Source: Pseudomonadota bacterium
Lineage (GTDB): Bacteria; UBA10199; 2-02-FULL-44-16; JAAZCA01
Direction: 5' to 3'
Assembly (NCBI GenBank): GCA_043798915.1
Contig: JAZDOG010000089.1
Location: forward strand, 1 to 64,000
DNA length: 64,000 nucleotides
Shown: piece by piece, positions 61,095 to 64,000 of the stretch
How positions within the stretch are numbered: the stretch's first letter is position 1
Layout: each line of letters starts with the position of its first letter
Program-made: the position numbers and the translations under genes
The notes under the pieces: generated by a model
Seen by the model: the letters and a program-made list of their open reading frames with translations, nothing else
Databases searched by the model: none
What the model was told of the DNA's origin: nothing

Positions 61095-62270
61095 TTATCC
61101 CCCCTCTGTCGATGCCGGCAAACGTACTACAAACTCGGTTCCGCCGCCCTTCACATCCTCGCACGATATCTCGCCGCCGTGCTCCTTCACTATTCGATAG
61201 CTGATCGAAAGGCCGAGCCCCGTGCCCTTGCCCGGCTCCTTGGTCGTAAAAAATGGATCGAAGATGCGATCTCTGTTCTCGGGCGAAATGCCGACGCCGG
61301 TGTCGCGGACCCTCACCTCGACGAATCCATCCCCATTGCTGCAGCCGGTCTTCACGGTGAGGACCCCGCCCTTGGGCATCGCATGGCATGCGTTCGTTAT
61401 GAGGTTCAAGAAGACCTGCTGCAGGCGGTCGGGAATCCCGACGACCTGCGGGAGTCGCGCGGCACCGTCGAAGTTGAGCTCGATGTTCATCGACCGGAGC
61501 TCTCGCTGCACGAACGGAAAGACCTTCTCCAGGAGGAGATTCAAGTCCACGCCGTGCCTCTCCCTGTCCTTGGAGACGCGCGAAAAATCCAGGAGGTCGG
61601 CGACGATCTTCTTGCACCTGACTGCCGCCTTTTCCATCTCGTCCAAGTCGGCCAGCAGCGTCTTGTTTCCATGCACGTCGCGCTTCATGAGCTGGGCGAA
61701 GGCGAGAATCCCGCCAAGGGGATTGTTGATCTCGTGGGCCACGCCGCCGGCGAGCATGCCGATCGCCGCCATCTTCTCCTGCTGGATGACCTCGCGCTGG
61801 AGGCGGCGCTCTTCGGTGATGTCGCGGTAGTAGAGGACGGCGGACCCGGCCGCGGCGGCGCTCATCGGGTAAGCGCTCGTCTCGTAATCCCTGCGGCTTA
61901 TCTGGCAGCCCAGCACGGAGGTCGTGTGCGCGTCGCGCTTGAGGGCCGCGGGCAAAGGGCATCCTTCGCACGGCGCCGTGCGCCCGGCGAAGACATCGTG
62001 GCACCTCTTGCCGATTATCGTCGCGATGTCCTTGCCGCAGGCCGCGGCGAGGGAGAGATTTGCGCGAATTATCTCATAGTCGCGCGAGACGATCTGCACG
62101 GGGGATGTGATGGCATCGAAGGTGGACTCCCACATGTACTTGCCGCGGGAGATGATCCCAACCAGTTCCTCGAGCTTTGCGGCGCGGCCGGAGAGGATTT
62201 TGAGCCTCTTGACGAACTCTTCCCGGCTCAAGGATTCAATGGATGGGTCTTTTTTTCTGGATGAGGCCAT
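61095..62270 (-). CDS. cytoplasmic PAS histidine kinase (NtrB-like)
   Basis: WESTFDAI, KRCH..PCEGCP, GVAHEINNPL, NLITNA, FDPFFTTK..GTGLGL; no transmembrane helix. Confidence 0.93.
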   Translation of the reverse strand: MASSRKKDPSIESLSREEFVKRLKILSGRAAKLEELVGIISRGKYMWESTFDAITSPVQIVSRDYEIIRANLSLAAACGKDIATIIGKRCHDVFAGRTAPCEGCPLPAALKRDAHTTSVLGCQISRRDYETSAYPMSAAAAGSAVLYYRDITEERRLQREVIQQEKMAAIGMLAGGVAHEINNPLGGILAFAQLMKRDVHGNKTLLADLDEMEKAAVRCKKIVADLLDFSRVSKDRERHGVDLNLLLEKVFPFVQRELRSMNIELNFDGAARLPQVVGIPDRLQQVFLNLITNACHAMPKGGVLTVKTGCSNGDGFVEVRVRDTGVGISPENRDRIFDPFFTTKEPGKGTGLGLSISYRIVKEHGGEISCEDVKGGGTEFVVRLPASTEGG

Positions 62271-62443
62271 ACGGTAACGAGATTGCTCGTCATCGATGGT
62301 CTACACGAAGGGGTGACAAATAGCCAGCGTAATTTTGACGCCTGACCTAACTGGTCTATTTTAAATGTTATTTAAAAATATTCCATCTGGTGGGTGTGTT
62401 AAAAATAACCCGGATGACCGGAAGGAAAAACCGCTAGTTCACA

Positions 62444-63958
62444 CTATCGCGCTGGCTGAAAGGTGAAGGAAATATCATCTGAGACCTCGCTCTTTTTCAC
62501 GAGGCCGCGAGGCAGCTTCTTCCTTCTTGCAATTTGGCATAGACGCTCTCCGAATTCTTTTGAATCACCTTCCGTGCCCTCACCAACTTTGCATCCAACA
62601 TCTCCGGAAGGATCGACGGTATATTTAAGGCTCCCCGTGGCCGCGAAGTCGGGATTCCTTTTCAAAAAACGCTCGTAACAATACGAGAACTCCTTCTTCA
62701 GCTCATCCCTAAGACGCTGGAATATAACCGCAGAATCTCCCTTCGACCACTGGCTCAATTTCCCCAGCTCGCCAGTCAGGCGTTTGATTGCCCCCTTGAC
62801 TTCACCTCTTCTGTTTCTGTCAGCTGGTCCTCGCAGCTCCTCCAGCGTGATCTTTCCGTATTCCTCCAGAGCGCTTTTGATATCCCGGATCTTTATATCC
62901 CGAAGGTCGTTCAGGCGCGCCTCTTCCTCGAACGAACGCGCCAGATAATAATGAGCACTGGCTACAAATGAGGGCGCTTTTGCGCGGATAGTCGAAGCAG
63001 TTGCGGAAAAAGACGGGGATTCCATGTCCCTGAAAAACTTCTGATAGGAAGCGGTTGCCTTATCATAGTAACCTACCCCCATAGCAAAATAAAGACGACC
63101 CTGACAGGCAGAGGACTGGATAAAATCAGGATGGAGCCCGCGAAACTCTTCGAGGGCCTTAATCTCCTTTTCTTTGTCGTCGTCTGATTGGCTGGTATAC
63201 GACCAGCCGAGATCCGCTCTGGCAGCGAGGAGTTTGGCCTCGGCTTCCTTTTTTTTGTCTTTCATCTCAAGCTCTGATGCTATCCTGATGATCCCCTCGA
63301 GGGTGGAAATCAATCTCTCTTGCTCCGCGATGGATTTTGACTTCTTCGCATCACTTGAGAATCGTTTAAAGGTCACTTTGGCTTCATCTGTGAATGTTTT
63401 AAGGGCTTTGTCGCGCGCCTCGTCTATCTCTCTGTCACGCTCATTGGCCCATTTTTTCTGCTCGTCGGATGGCTGAAGCCCTCCATATCTAATAACCAGC
63501 CCCTTGGCTGACTTGATGCAATCAATGACACTTTTATAATTGCGCGCATGCACGGCTTTCTTAACTCCATCAAGTGAGGCCCGCACCTCCTCGAGAACCT
63601 CCTTTTTTGCCTTTTCATTTCTCTCTGCCTCGGTCAGCGGGGGTGGAGGTGGTTTTGGCACGACTGGTGCAGGCACAGGCGCCGGCGGTTTGGGCGGAGG
63701 AGGCGGAGCGACATGTGGCAGTTGGGCAACCGGCGCATTTTTAGCAGGAGGTGCAACAGGAACGGTCGGCCTGAGAGCGGGAGTCGCGGCTGCAGGAGGT
63801 GCTGGAGCAACCGAAGGTTTTGTTGGCGGCGGAGCAGGCGGTGCAGCGGGAGCGGTCGGTTTGGGAGAGGGAGTGCCGGCTGCCGGAACCGGTGAACGGG
63901 GTTCGGTTTTGTCCTGAGGGGCAAGCCCAAGCAGCTTTGCTATATTCACATCAACCAT
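62444..63958 (-). CDS. Pro/Ala-rich protein with TPR-like middle and AgmX/PglI (TonB-C-like) C-terminal domain
   Basis: Pro/Ala-rich N-terminus; C-terminal FSYCYERFLKRNP..GSLKYTVDPSGDV..C..F.FQP. Frame is open to the window edge, so the start may lie further upstream. Confidence 0.65.
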   Translation of the reverse strand: MVDVNIAKLLGLAPQDKTEPRSPVPAAGTPSPKPTAPAAPPAPPPTKPSVAPAPPAAATPALRPTVPVAPPAKNAPVAQLPHVAPPPPPKPPAPVPAPVVPKPPPPPLTEAERNEKAKKEVLEEVRASLDGVKKAVHARNYKSVIDCIKSAKGLVIRYGGLQPSDEQKKWANERDREIDEARDKALKTFTDEAKVTFKRFSSDAKKSKSIAEQERLISTLEGIIRIASELEMKDKKKEAEAKLLAARADLGWSYTSQSDDDKEKEIKALEEFRGLHPDFIQSSACQGRLYFAMGVGYYDKATASYQKFFRDMESPSFSATASTIRAKAPSFVASAHYYLARSFEEEARLNDLRDIKIRDIKSALEEYGKITLEELRGPADRNRRGEVKGAIKRLTGELGKLSQWSKGDSAVIFQRLRDELKKEFSYCYERFLKRNPDFAATGSLKYTVDPSGDVGCKVGEGTEGDSKEFGERLCQIARRKKLPRGLVKKSEVSDDISFTFQPAR

Positions 63959-64000
63959 CTGCCTCGTCGCCCCCTTCGGACCACTGAATAGATAAATTTT

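Overview
GC-rich (roughly 60% by eye) bacterial chromosomal window. Gene content (zinc-ribbon/RNase HI/rnpB block, several sigma-54 activators, an AgmX/PglI-like C-terminal domain, a myxosortase-like protease) suggests a deltaproteobacterial-type lineage; this is inference only. The backbone is housekeeping: lgt-lipoprotein-ileS-lspA-lgt-CPBP protease, ftsK-lolA, a B12 acyl-CoA mutase cluster (large and small subunits, meaB, cobO-type adenosyltransferase), fadA/fadN-type beta-oxidation, rnpB, tRNA(CAT), alaS-efp-MMPL, polA, hemB-folC. One long signalling operon encodes a PAS kinase, three tandem sigma-54 activators (one with a dead receiver) and a STAS/RsbW/RsbU-type partner switch with no sigma factor gene. 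Scattered through the backbone are AT-richer toxin-antitoxin-like cassettes (HEPN-MNT twice, RelBE-type, VapBC, AbiEi/AbiEii), several internally deleted remnants, and at least five palindromic MITE/REP-like elements. Best leads: (1) two Lgt paralogs, LspA and a myxosortase-like CPBP protease in one operon; (2) the triple-activator/partner-switch cascade together with complete sigma-54/IHF promoters in front of unknown genes and a hybrid GCAACTTT-N13-GCCGATAA promoter; (3) a toxin-antitoxin cassette flanked by a 63-bp, mostly synonymous duplicate of the host gene's 3' end, which points to how such cassettes arrive; (4) an isobutyryl-CoA-mutase-like active site. All calls come from motif reading by eye; no database search was run.
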